From NCBI GenBank assembly GCA_002633005.1, contig NMRA01000789.1, positions 1 through 64,000 on the forward strand: a DNA stretch of 64,000 nucleotides, in the 5' to 3' direction. The notes under the pieces were generated by a model. It saw only the letters and a program-made list of their open reading frames with translations. It ran no database searches and had not been told where the DNA came from. Numbering within the stretch: position 1 is the first letter of the stretch; every line of letters starts with the position of its first letter. Made by a program: the position numbers and the translations under genes. This document shows positions 13,366 through 26,600 of this stretch, piece after piece. This DNA is from Phoronis australis (Eukaryota > Animalia > Phoronida).

Positions 13366-16300
13366 TTCTTCATCACAACCTTTTTATTCAAGAAAAACTG
13401 ACAAACATCTAATGAGAGACAACAGAATCAAAGTTGCTTGAACTGAACACATTGTCAAACTTTAACATCCAGCAGACCTGCTGAGAATAATTAAAACAAC
13501 ATGGGTCCAGAAGAACAATAATCATTCATTCACTGATGACAGAAGTATAGTGGTGCAGAAACGAACATAACAAGGTGATTTAGAGTAGGAACCACATTCA
13601 AACACTTATAAACTGGTGTATACACAGACATTACTTTTAGGACAATCAATGGATGTTCAGCAGGCCACATGAATATCGGAATTATAAATTTTCACTTGGT
13701 TTACTAAACAAGCACATTCATTCACTGAAATTTTTAGCAGTTACCTGTATAGGAATATTTTCAACCACACGAAGTTGACAACGATATTATAAAAAATGTC
13801 CATAGTATCTCACATATAAAGGAAATGTTTGCCTTCGAGCAGTCAAATTCTGCGTATATTTACTTTAAGTCTGATTTGGGTCCCCACAGCTGGTGATTGT
13901 AAGCTCCGATGTTCCTGTTTAGGTAACGCTCATCATTTTTTCATTCTGTTGAATTTTAACCGATATCACTCCTGCGAAGTCATATATAAAGCAACGTACC
14001 ACTTTTTCTGCCACATGTGTTAATGATCATCTTGTCTCTTACAATGCTTTATGAATGAACCGAAGGTCAGCATGTTTACTACAGAAATAAATAAAACATG
14101 GTGTGAATACTGGAAGGGACTTGCTCGTATAAAACGAAACAAGTTGATAAAGACAATTACGATCTGAAATCTGTTAGCTAAATAGTACTATGCTACGTGC
14201 TACCTTAAAAGTAATTTTAAAATGAACATGGATTGGCAATAAGGGGGTGCGAATGTCTGACTGGCAAAATCCTGGCCAATACTCTGCCCTGCCCCCCTCC
14301 CAACTCAAAATCCTGGATTCGCCTCTGAATGAGGTTTTTGGGCTTGGGCTGAACTAACAGCTCGTTATTGCATACCTGAACTTGGCTTCATACTCATCCC
14401 GGCAGAGCATGGTCATCAGCAACAAACGAATGAGAAGCGCCCATTGATCTGAGTAAGGCAATGAGCAGAGACCAATTTCGAAAGTGTACTTCTAAATCAA
14501 AAGGTAGTTTTGTGGTCTAAGGTCGGATCATAGGAGCTCTAAAATTTTACTTTGAAGATCTGAGTAATCGTGACACTGAATATTACGATAGCACTCCCAC
14601 TATGTGTTTATACTGTCAGTCTGTAAAATAAATATCTTATTAGCCAGACCAGTGTAAACCTTACTAAAAAGCATCTCTCCCATCCTCCGTCACAACCTAC
14701 AGAGATTTTGAAATTAAACAAAACAAAAACTATTAAAAGCAGTCTACGTCAAGATAACAACATGAAACATGCAGTCGTCAGAGCAGAGGCTACAGACGGG
14801 AGGGAAAAGGTCAAGTCAGGTTAGGTCAGGGTGGCCCAGACAGAGCTCTCCATTGTAAGAAATCAGGACCTGAATAAAAGACGTGTTGGTCAAGCGTTGT
14901 TCATCGTAGTGCGCCAAAGTGCGGAGAAAGGACACCAGTTTTGAAGTAAAGTCAGCTTAGGTGAAAGTTAGACACGTAACCTGAAAGGCGATCTGTCGGT
15001 TCTGATCATAGATCATTAATTACTTCTACTGCGGTACTTGAGCTAAGCACAAACCCAGCTCTGATCCCTCGCTGCCAAGCCAGAGAAGCATTTTAGCACT
15101 GAGGGACAGAAGACGTGGTAGGGCATCGTGTGTGCATGTGTAAATTAGTTGTTTCAGTTGATTAGGTCCATTTGGAATAACAATCGTCTCACACAACCAT
15201 GGCATTAGGCCTACGCTTATGTTCAAGATAGATCGCGTATACGTGAACTTGGAATTGTATTATTAAAGTAATCAAAGGAAATTTGTTGTTCAGTGTAAAG
15301 CATTTTTGTTATTATTGGCCCCACGATCAACCATTTACTCTTTTACCGGAACTTGATTAGGCGAATAAGATCAGCAATTGCTGAAAAACCCAAGGTTGCT
15401 TAAAATTTACATTATTTTACGAACAAGTGGTTTGCTTATTTGCCATGGAATTTTTTATAAGCGTGAACACGGTTATTTGTGTGAACTTGTTAATGTTGCT
15501 CTGATAATCCAGGTAGGCCTATTGAGATCAATAAGCGGCATTCCAAGTTCAAGCACAACAGATCGACTAAATTACATAATGCCGACATGGTTGGTCGTTG
15601 ACATCTGCACTTTTCGAAATAGCAAATATTTGGCAGACTTGCTGCGACAAAAGATTTTGTCTGCCGCAGCCGCAAGACATTTGTAGAAGGTTTTCAAAAG
15701 GCAAATATTTGCAGTCTGTTCACAGCAAGACAATTAGAAGAAATTGAGTGTTGCAACAAGTCTGCGCCCATCTGCGTCTGGACGTAAAGTTGTCTTACAA
15801 AATTCAGGCATTGTGACGTTTAAATTCATGATCAAGCGCTGCTTTTGCCATTTATTCGGTTTTTTTAGAAATCTGCATTTTGTTGTGGAGTGCCCATGAG
15901 AGTGCATTGTAAAACTGAATTTTTTACTTCACCATGCAAAAAGTACAGTTTATTCTGATTTTTGATTGCTTTTGAAATTCGACGCGGTGTTGTGATATAT
16001 TTAATTGACTACTTTTACCAGCGAAAAAATCGTCTTTGTCGTTTCAGGTGGGGTTTACAGGATTGTCCTTAAGTTTAATGAGGCATGTTGGTTAGTGGGA
16101 CTGGAAATCAAAATGAAATTCTGCATAATAAGGTCAAAGTGCTTGTGGGGAAATTCTGGCTATGTAGTAGAATAGTGGAGAATAACTTGACTTAGTAGCA
16201 GCGTTGTGTTGTGTTGTGGACAGTCTCGGTCCGTCAGTGAGATGGTTGTATTCAGTAACTAAGTGTGGAACACTCAATTACACTAGTAAAGCAACTGGCA

Positions 16301-16961
16301 GTAGCAAGATGAGGACTGTCTTTATTAGACAAGTGAACGGCTTTATATACAAGTCACAAATATGTGGGTTGCATGCACTAAACTCTATGATTCAATATCC
16401 TACAGGAAAAAACAGGAAGCAACTATAAGAACTTTCACAACAATCATCTGAACTACTCTGTTGTGTTTGCCATATATGGTAATGGTCAGCTGTCTTGAGG
16501 CAATGTTTCTGTGAATGACCATTACGCAATCTTGTTTACTACAGAGATCATCAAAACATGTGTGGATGCACCGGATGGGTTGGTCGCTGACTCAGCTGAC
16601 AGCCAAAACAAGTTTTTATAAACAAAAACAATTGGCTAGCAAAGAAATAATATCAATAAGAAATAACACTATCAAACTAACATACTAAGAATTATATGTA
16701 TCATGAATGTCACAGATTTCATGACAGTGCTCTTCTCCTTCCACAATATCATTTTAGTGGTATGTACCAACTCAAGTTATTGCCAACTGCTAGAAGCAGG
16801 TCAGTTTTAAAAATTGGTATGAATTTGGTACTTACCGAATTTTTCACAACAGTGTTACCAATTTTGAACCAGCCCAGGGTCAGTGTAGTGAAGTTTTCGA
16901 CCCCATTTCTATACCGCATAGAGAGCAAAAACTAACGTGATGCCGGAATCTATTCTGGCTG

Positions 16962-17230
16962 CTAGACTTTGAACTCGAACTCATTTTTGGTATTTTCCTA
17001 CCTACTTTTGAGAGAACTCAAGACAAGTGTTTATGTGCTCGAGTATGTTATGGTTCTTAAGTTGCGAGTTCAGACTCGAATGATGGTGTCATTAAATGCA
17101 AATTAGGATTGGATGGTTATCCTCGTAAGCCATTACTATATACTCGAGCATAGAATAATACACAAACGTCTTGAGTTCGCACAAAAGTGTAATACAAAAT
17201 TTCAAAAATGATTTCGGGTTTAATCTCGAG
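16962..17230. mobile_element. Foldback MITE-like element upstream of the methyltransferase start
   Basis: Imperfect ~80-bp inverted arms: cgaactcatttttgg...gaactcaagac...tgctcgagtat versus atactcgagca...gtcttgagttc...caaaaatgatttcg. Confidence 0.55.
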
Positions 17231-17668
17231 TAAAAAGATTATACCCTGTGCCCAGGTGGCTGACCACGTCGACTTGATGAACTACCACGCAGCTGATTGT
17301 GAATATGTACCTCATTTACTGCCTGAAATAAAGGAGTAGTCCAGTAGAGCAGACCCCCTACAATTGTAGCCGTGGCTGGTCATCTAATCTACTGCGAGTA
17401 GCGCGGAAATGTAAGATCATGCAAGTCTTCACAAGATATCGCTATCACGTGATCCCAACACCTTTTCTTGGGGGTGTCTTGCGCCTGTGGAACACACGAT
17501 GATCCACGGCTATGATTCAGTTTTGCTTTTTCAGTTCTGACCAGGTCAGCTAAAGGTATACTTACAACCACTGTCACAATACAGTTGTTGTTTGAAGTTT
17601 AAATCAATCAAAGGCCGTGTTGAAAGGACTGTTCGCCAATCAAAACTGAATACCGTGACAGTCACGTG

Positions 17669-20600
17669 ATGGAGAAGACCAAAGATGACATCGAGAATGT
17701 TAAACTGTGTAAGTTTAAAGGCAGACAAGTTCAGTGTTCTTGAAGTGCTTTCATTTATCAGTGTTTATCCAGCACTGTACGTTGGATGACGGCCTGGGAT
17801 ACTCACCCATATTTTGGTGGGTGTCGCAGCGGGAAAATTCGGGTAGCTACGAGTTTAGAATTAGAGGGTGGACCCGAAATATGGGACCCATTTGTCGGGA
17901 GGTTCTATGCAAAATCCACCGTTTTGAAGGGTTTTGATACAAAAACACGACACCTTTTGTAGGATCCATCCACCAAATCCTTTCATAGGAATTATTGATG
18001 AAGCTTAATTTTTACTCACTAAGCATGAAACAGTGGCCTGTGACTACATTGTTTTTTGTCGTCATTTACAAGAAAATGTGTGTCACTTTTCCACAACTTC
18101 TGGTTGACAACTATAAGCATGCAGATGAGATAGCGATCCGTTCTTCGGCTGGCTGTACATGTCAACCAGGACTGAGTTGCATAAAGCTTCAAAAGAATTT
18201 TCTGCCATTCAAAATGGAATTTACAACGTTGCTGCACTTGAATGTAATAACATAACGTGATATCTCGCCCATTGACACAACTAATGTATTTTGTGCCGAG
18301 CCTCTCATGTGAATAGGATATTTTCAAATACCAAATTCGCAATTTGTGTGCCCGACCAGGTCCAACAGAGCGGTGAAATCAACCTTTTGCTGACGTTTGA
18401 ATACATTAAAAGGAATCCATGAAATAACAATGGTAACAATATTGGTGGGTCGTGCAATGTCAGGGTCATCGACACCGATATTGTACCATCACGTAGAAGC
18501 CAAGTATGGATAGGGGGAGGAAAAATCTTGTGCTTGTATTATGTTTATGGACGTCTCATCCTACATGTATACGACCTAAAAAGAATTCAAGTTGTCTCGT
18601 TTGAATCGACTCGATCAGTGCACTCCCCTCGGGAATTGGACTAAGAGTCGGACGAGAAATGCGTAGACGGTTAATGTAATAGTTCTGAAACTTACGGTTA
18701 CTTGTAGGACTGTCTTGAAAAAGATGCCAGCTGGCGTCTCCGGCAAAATGTATGTCGCGGACGATGGTCAGATGACGACAAATTTTGAACCAATCCGACT
18801 TCAGCTGTGCCTCCAGTATATTTTCTGCATTTTCGTGAAATTTGGCATGTACGTTTCTCTTAAGGAGACAAAAATGTGAACTTGGTGTTTTTCTATAAAT
18901 ATGAAAATCACGATTTGCCTACCCACGAGTAGTTTTTGTATGGCTTCGGCTGCCGCTGTGATCCCTAGTTGCAACTTTAGTTCTTACGTTTGCCTCCATA
19001 TCTTTAGAATTTTGCGGCATATTTTCATGAAAATTGGAAAACGGTTTTGTATTAGAGAGACGGCGACGTTTTCCCGTCTTAAGGCCATTTTATGCTACTA
19101 AAATACTCAAAGAAGCACACTCTTTGCGGAGGAGTCGGTGGCGCATTTTAACAGAACGCTCGGCGTTGCTCTTGTGTCTGTTTCAGATTTCCAAGTTGAA
19201 AGAATTTACAACGAGTTACGAGAGGTACGTGACTTTTGACCTTCCAATTAAAGTCAAACTGTTCAAGAAGCTCGTACTTCAAGATTTAAGATAACTAAAT
19301 ATGGCAAAAGTATCACCTCAGTGTGATTGACACAATTAAACGGGCTGAGGAACTAAAGACCCGACTCATGGGTTTAGCAGCATGCCCAGTGGGATTCGAA
19401 CACACAACTTTGAGTAAAGGAAGTGGAGACTTATCCCACTAAATCACACAAGGCCTGATAACAGGAAACAACAGACTCCACAGACTCAGTCTTACCCGTT
19501 GGTCTTTCGTCCTTGATTCAACGTAACCCTTCTACCTGACAGTGTATTTTACTTGTCTACAGAATCCATTTGTTTATCACTTAAAATAAGTTATGGTGTT
19601 ATCTATCAAATCATAGTTGTGTCGATGTAATTCGTACTCACGCTATTCACAGGTAACCGTCTCCTGATAGATCGATTGGTACATTTGATTTTATCACACT
19701 AATTACTAAAATAATGTACAGTTGGCTCGCGTTGCTCAATCATCAAGCTATGATTGTGTTGGTGGCGTGTATAACGAACACGAAACAACGTAAAGTTTCT
19801 TAAAGTGGAAATTCAGTTATGAAAGTCAAAAATTTTAGTGAAATTTAACAAAGAAAATTGATGAACTTTGTTGTCATGGTTTTACGCTGCAGATGTCACC
19901 GTAGAAACAACAATAACATTAGAAGCTTTTAGTAATAAAATTAGCATTAAATTTGTAAAAACGAAACAAATGACATCTTTGGCAATTGTTATTGTTCAAG
20001 TTTGAAGATGGAAGACCGGCCTTTGCGACAATGTACGCTTATGAACACGCTAACTTGCATTCTCACGATTAAATTAATAGATATCTGATATGCTCTGCAG
20101 CTTGGCTATAAAGACGGCGACCAGCCTCTGAAGGTGGAAGATGTGAACAAATTTGACAACTATCATTACCACGGAACAGATACATTACAAAAGATGTCCA
20201 CTAAGATTACATTCACGTAAGTCTGGCGATGGTTCAACCCAATTATTGTTACGATTACAGAGATTTGAGACTTGATCACAATCCTCGTACAGTACAGTTC
20301 AGCCAATGGTCTGATGTCTAGAGGATCGCTAGCGGCAAACCTCTTGCATGCTTAGTTGGGTAGATGGTCACTCCTTGCCTATCACCTGACAACAAAATGT
20401 TTATGAACTGTTAGTGTTGAAATCTTAGAACAGCAAGCATAACAGCTGTTCATCAATAAGTTAAAAAACAATGTTTGTTTCTCCATCGGTACAAACACAT
20501 AACCAAATTAAGAGCATATTCGGACCGACTCTTGATTACGAAAATCAGATACATGCAAGGGGGCGACAATTGATGTCGTTACAATGTACATTGTAACGAC

Positions 20601-23600
20601 ATAAAATGATGCCCCGAAATCGACAATTTATGTGAGATTTCGTGATATAAATTGTCGCCCGGGTGACAATCAGTGCTGTAGTGGGGCGTAGGCGCACGTA
20701 GGCGCAGCCAACCACCTTTGGGCATTTGAACGTAGCGCCTACGCACCGCAAGTTACGTTCAGTGCTCAAGGTGATACAGTGGGCTTTGGGCGCCTACTTA
20801 CCTCTAATTTTACCACTACAGCACTGGTGACAATTTCGCCCGGGTGACAATTTATGTCGTAACACTTAATCTCATTAATGACAGACGTGGGGTTCCTTGT
20901 ATTGTTGTGGGTAATCCAACATTTGAGGGCCTAAACTGAATTTCTAGCCTATTTCATTTTAACAAGAATAAATCATTTCATATAATAATAGTTTGCAGTG
21001 TTGTGCAAGTCTCATTAATCGAGCGGTTGGTGTAATTTTTCTTGGTGAAACACCTGTAAACTAATGTTCCATCGAAGAATGAAACTTTCAAAGTAGACAG
21101 TCGCTGATATAAGTTGGTCTCAACTTGTTCATGTGACAAGTAATTCTTGGGATTATAAAGAAATAATAGTTGGCTATCGCTGGAGATCATACTCCTTGCA
21201 GAAGGACTCGTCGCGACAAGCCAACTTGTTGAAGCAGCTGGCGTTGGGCAGAAATGGCTGCCGGTTCCCTCCAGTCCTAAAAATCAGCTCTAATGTGTAC
21301 ATGTACATCTCACCTGTGGGGAAAGGTTTCTGTGCTTTCTGGGAGAGGATTTTCTAGCTGAGGGAAAATCCTCGTGCTCCATCTCTGCCTCGGTTATCAC
21401 CAATACTCCGCCACCCCCAGTCGCCACCCTACATCAGTCATCAGCAATGCCTCAAGTAGTCAAAACTACTGATTTCAGGAGTGGTTTGTACTTTGAGGAG
21501 AAATTTCACTCATTGGGGTGCGACGTTGTGAGAGCAATTTCGTGGGATCTTTAAATATATTTCCTAGGGGAATGGATTCCATGTTGAGGCCCAAAGTCGA
21601 AACATCGAGTCGACAAGTGAAATTGGTGTAAATCATAAGTTAATCTTTTTGGATTGATAACCACTTAAAATAAATCGTGCATGTCTCATTTCAGATCCTC
21701 CACTCGCTGCATAGATGTAGGCTCAGGTCTCGGGGGCACTGCTCGTTACCTGGTGAGCAACTTCAAATGTCACGTGACCGCTGTGGAGTTGCAGCAAAAG
21801 AACAATGAATTGGGCCAGCAGCTAACGAGGAGATGTGGTCTTGGTGACAATGTAACGCACATCTGTGGTAACTTCATCGACATGCCTTTAGGTAATGTAT
21901 AATGTGGGATGACAGTTTAAGGAAGACTTGACACGATAACTGTGGAGTTGTTCTTTGATGTCAGTGACGTAGTGTAACCTTACTGTTAAGACATTTTTTA
22001 TAAGCATTTTGTCAGCTGTTGAGGAGAAGTGTACGACACAAAGAATGCAACCTCATTAGCTCTCTCTCTCTCTCTAAAGTGTGTAGTACTGCGCATGTCT
22101 ATTGAAACATTTTTTGAAATTATTAAGTTTCTACATTAAGGCCCTATTTGCGAAATAGTCTGTTAAATTGTCAACTGTAAATAAAAAAATTACTGATAGA
22201 ACAATTCTAATCCATTTAAATGAACCTATTGGCTAAATGGTATATCTTCATTTCACCATATTTAGCTGGCTAAAAAATAAAAATCTAATTAGGCATTTGT
22301 ACTCTGATGAAATTGATTCTATAACTTCCATTACCAGCAAGTACATAGAAGTCATCAGCTAGTCAAGAAAACACTTTAGAGTTCATTGAGGTTGGCCGAC
22401 ATTGAATTTGCGGATTTGAAAATAGCGCATCTACGCATAGCGTGTGACCCGAGTTACCCACTCATTCGACAATACAAGTTCGGATGACGGTGGTAATGTT
22501 TGAAATCCCGGAGTACTTCGGTAAAGAATTCAATGATTGTCCGCTAACGTATACTAAAACGACTTTCCCATCCAGTTCTCTGAAACAAAATAATTCTTTG
22601 TAACCCTCGACGACCCTCAAAAGTTTGAAGTAAAATTTGAAAACTCCTTTCAAAGTCTGCTAAACTTGCAAGCGTGACCTACCTAGACTCTTTTAGCGCA
22701 TTACAAGGCAACTTTGGGAAAAGACAACCCACCAAGGACAATTACGTCCAAATCTGTGACATGGGAGTATGAACTTTTAATTGATTTCTGTCTTTAAAGA
22801 AGAAGGCAAGTTTTTCATGTCATTTTTTATAAAACTACAGTTCATTGATGATCCCAGACATGCATGTATGTTTCAGTTAATTACGGCTTCCAGTAGTATT
22901 ATTGATTTTTCGTGCACTACTCCGGAAGTGACGTTTAGGTGGTCAAGAATTTTCCGCCATTTTGTTTCTGCGTTTGAGTTTACTGCGCAGATCTCTTCTA
23001 CAGTTGTTCACCTCTTTCCATCAACGAGTATTCTACGACAAGCTAGGTTATTAGAGATTTCAATTACGTTGGATTTAGGGATCGTTTATTTTGTAGTAGC
23101 CTGAAAATGCCCGGAGTCGGCGACCCTATCACAGACACAGTCACGTGACGAAGACGTTGTTCATAGCAATGGAGGCGAGGATTTTTTTTTTCACGAACAG
23201 TCAATGGGTGGATACATGCCCGATAATGGTGAGGCAGAATACTCACAGATAGCTCTTGAGAGAGATAAGGCAGAGACTGAGGACAGACGTGGTGGGACGT
23301 CTTGGTCCAAATGCACGGTGTGCATTGTTGTGCCGACCTAAATGGAATGCCTATGCTGTTCCCACTGGATGGTGACCTGAGCACCCAAACCGCTTACATC
23401 CTGCCGTGCGACTTTCTCGCAACACACCTGGCACTTTATTCTAACTAGCTCCAACACTTTAGTCACATTCACGTCCACAAAAACGTATCAAAGTTTGGCT
23501 CACCGACCCGTTCACTGGACGACTAACTGTCCACCTCACTGGGTGTCGAACTGGGCCTGTATTCACTCCCACTACTCAAACATCGCTGCAGGGCTGCTTA

Positions 23601-26600
23601 CAGGCTCTAGCTGGAGACAGCACCAGCAGCACAAGGCGAATCATTGCTAGTTTTCGGAATGAAACTCTCTGGGGGGGGGGGTACATTTGGAGGCACGGTT
23701 AACTGTATACGAAGGGCCTCCCGTCACTGTAGAGGCGACAGCTCTCACGAATTCTTGCTTCAAAATTGCATTTCTCGGGGGTGGCAACGGGCACTGCCGA
23801 GAATGAACAGCGTTGTTTTGCAGGAACCTTCATCATTTCCGCGTGCATATCTCTTTTACAATCCGACGGCTGAAAATGCCTGCCACACACTCGGTAATTC
23901 TCCACTGCTTTGTACATTGCATGGACGGGTAACGTCGCGTTCTTCACGTGAACGAGACACCTACCGCGGAGAGTGTCATCTATCGGAAAGCAATGTAATG
24001 GGCTTACCCAGGTGCGCATGAGACAATAATGAGTACACCTCGGTATGCAGCAACCGTACGGCATGTTGATAGACTCTAAACAAACGCAAACGACGACCGA
24101 ACTTACCACAACCGAGGTAAAACAATGACTGACTAACTCACACAATCAGACTACATGAAAACAAAATGGCGGGAAATTCATAATCCCCTAAACGTCATTT
24201 CCGGAATAAGACACGACTAATTAATTAAATTACGGGAAGCCGTTATTAAATGAAAAATATGTCTGGAATAATCAAAGAACTACATTTTTACTAAAAATGA
24301 CATGAAAAAGGTTGTCCTCTCCTTCAACTTGGAAGGTTGACACCAATGATACATTAGGAGGTGACAGAACGAGGATTGGTTGAAATCATAAAAACACGGT
24401 TTAGAATTCTTTGAAGTAGCAGTGTTGCTATACATATCTTTTCTTACAGATGCCGGAAGTTATGATGTTTTAATCGGCATTATGGTATTTCTTCATATCA
24501 AGGACAAGGAATCACTTATCAAACGCTGTGCAGAAGTTCTAAAGAGTGGCGGTAAAATGTAAGTTATTACGTCCAATAAGTTGTTTTTGCTCACCACTGT
24601 ATGGTACTTACATCAAGTTCATAAAGTGTCCAGTATATCAACATGTATGAAATGACTTGAGTTTTTTGCTCTACTTTTGATGATTTTCGGATTAAACGCC
24701 AACTGTACGTCTAAGGGCTCACCCTATACCTTTAAGAATTTTTATGTATAGCAAACTGCTCGGACTAGCGCCCACCAAGCTGGAGTTTGATGACTAGAAG
24801 TTTTTCAGTTGCTTGAGTTACAAAATTTGAACTTCAAAGAAAAGAGGGGAGTACGTTGTAATAACGTTCTACTCAGTGCATCTTTGCATGTTACTGTTTT
24901 CAATCTGACATTGTTTCGTTTCTTACCTTTTTTAAAAGATTCATCAAGTAAAAATCTGCAAGCAGTGTATTTCATACTGGCATCCCATTACAATAAACAT
25001 TTTTGACATAACGAAATATGGTGGCTACACAGGCGGATTTAGGGAGGGGCGAGGGCGATCGCACTTTCCCCAATTCCCCGAAGCAACATGTTGGCCCCCC
25101 CCTTCTGGTATCATAGATCCGCCACTGGGCTAGATGGTGATAGGTTACTCGATAGGCAGCGTTTTGCATTCGAGTATGGCTTTGCAGTGGGATACTTCGC
25201 AGCATTTTGTGTTATTCATTTGCGATCATCATGCCGTGAAATTGTCGCTGCGGTGCCGTGGGATATTCAAACGTCTTACTCAAAAATATCCAGTGTCTCA
25301 AAAGGACTGTTCATGAAGGAGATAGCGCTTCGTCCTTGTCAACTCATCCCGCCTTGCTCACCATAATACTAAGGAGACTTTCAGGAAGCAATGGGGGCTG
25401 ATCACGTGGGGCCGGTGACTGATCGCCACCTAGCTGTGCCATGTGTTTCTTTGTCTTTGGAGCAGATGGCATAGGGGAACAGACTGACTTCGAGAAAGGA
25501 CTCTTCTGGTTAGATTTGATGTGTTTTAAACAAATGTTATAAAGTGCCTCCTCGTCCTCTATAGAGGCTACTAGTATCCAGTCCCACGTGACCAGTGGTC
25601 GCGTTCAGTGTGCGATGAAACTTGATGGTCTCCTATATTAGAAATTGGGTCAAACCAAAGACGCTTTTGTGCTCTAGCAACACTAAAGATTAGTATTTCG
25701 GATGTTTCCTGTTGCATAAAATGGGGCAAACAGTTTAACAAGTTATCAAGGTTCGCTAATCATGTTATAAATGCTCTGAGTGCTCTCATATTGCACAAAC
25801 AGTATGGAAGCGATGGTTCGTGGCTTGCTGAGATTTGTCAATTTCAAGCAAAATTTTAAGCAAGATTTTCGTGTTAGATTTGTGTACTAACCATCACCAG
25901 ACTGTCAAATTCTGTTTTTATGAATCCAGGTACATCGAAGATATGTATGACAAAGGTACAGTGACGGAGGATGAAAGGAGTGCCCTGAAGAGGGATATCT
26001 ACTGCACACTGATTACCAAGGATGATTATGTGAAATTACTCAACAATGCTGGCTTTCAAGTTGAGGTAGGCTTCATTGCCTCTCTTCAAGTACCCAACAC
26101 GTTTGTAAGGTGGCTATGTCTTTCTGTTAACTTTACTGCCACTGCGGTTACTACTAGTCATTTCAGAGGTGATAGCCGCGGCGGGAAAACGGTATTTCGT
26201 CTGTTTACTTCTATCATGTTTTGTATGAAGATAAGTCAAGAGTTTCGTGTAGTTAGTTTGTTATAATAAAAATTTCAGGTATGCCCTTGATAACCGTTTT
26301 TGGTGAGCACATTTCTGTTGAATCTCAACAAAATTCTGTATATAAGCCACTATCTTGTGAGATTGACTTTCAGAAAAAACAAGAACATTCACGTTTAATG
26401 TAGCTCAGCGGCACGGTGGTCTGGAGGTAGCATTACTGCGAATGCTTGCAGTTCCTCAAAACATAATATGATCGCGGCAATATCATACAAGTCAACACTG
26501 AAAAATGAGAAAAAAGTTTTATTTGTCCGTCATATTGCTTCGCAGCTGAATTCGGAAGATTTTACTGTACCGACTAAAGTATTCAACAATGCTCATTCGG

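Larger units (their letters stand above)
2267..14700 (+). repeat. Diverged segmental duplicate of ~28987-35960 (methyltransferase last intron and exon, downstream intergenic DNA, ACP7 3' flank)
   Basis: Colinear shared blocks: 2267 gtaaggtggcta ~28987; exon 3918-4115 ~29699-29896; 5370-5510 ~32075-32215; 11150 ~34135; 11900-12920 ~34600-35590; 14370-14660 ~35655-35935. Each copy is interrupted by different insertions. Confidence 0.85.

Noticed and set aside
20008-20100. ATGs just upstream of exon 3 as the methyltransferase start
   Set aside because: They hit in-frame stops before 20101. Exons at 17669 and 19187 give a continuous frame with good splice sites.
25835-26266. 143-aa ORF (and its 131-aa twin at 28753) as standalone genes
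   Set aside because: Only the central 136 nt is exon; the rest is read-through into intron.
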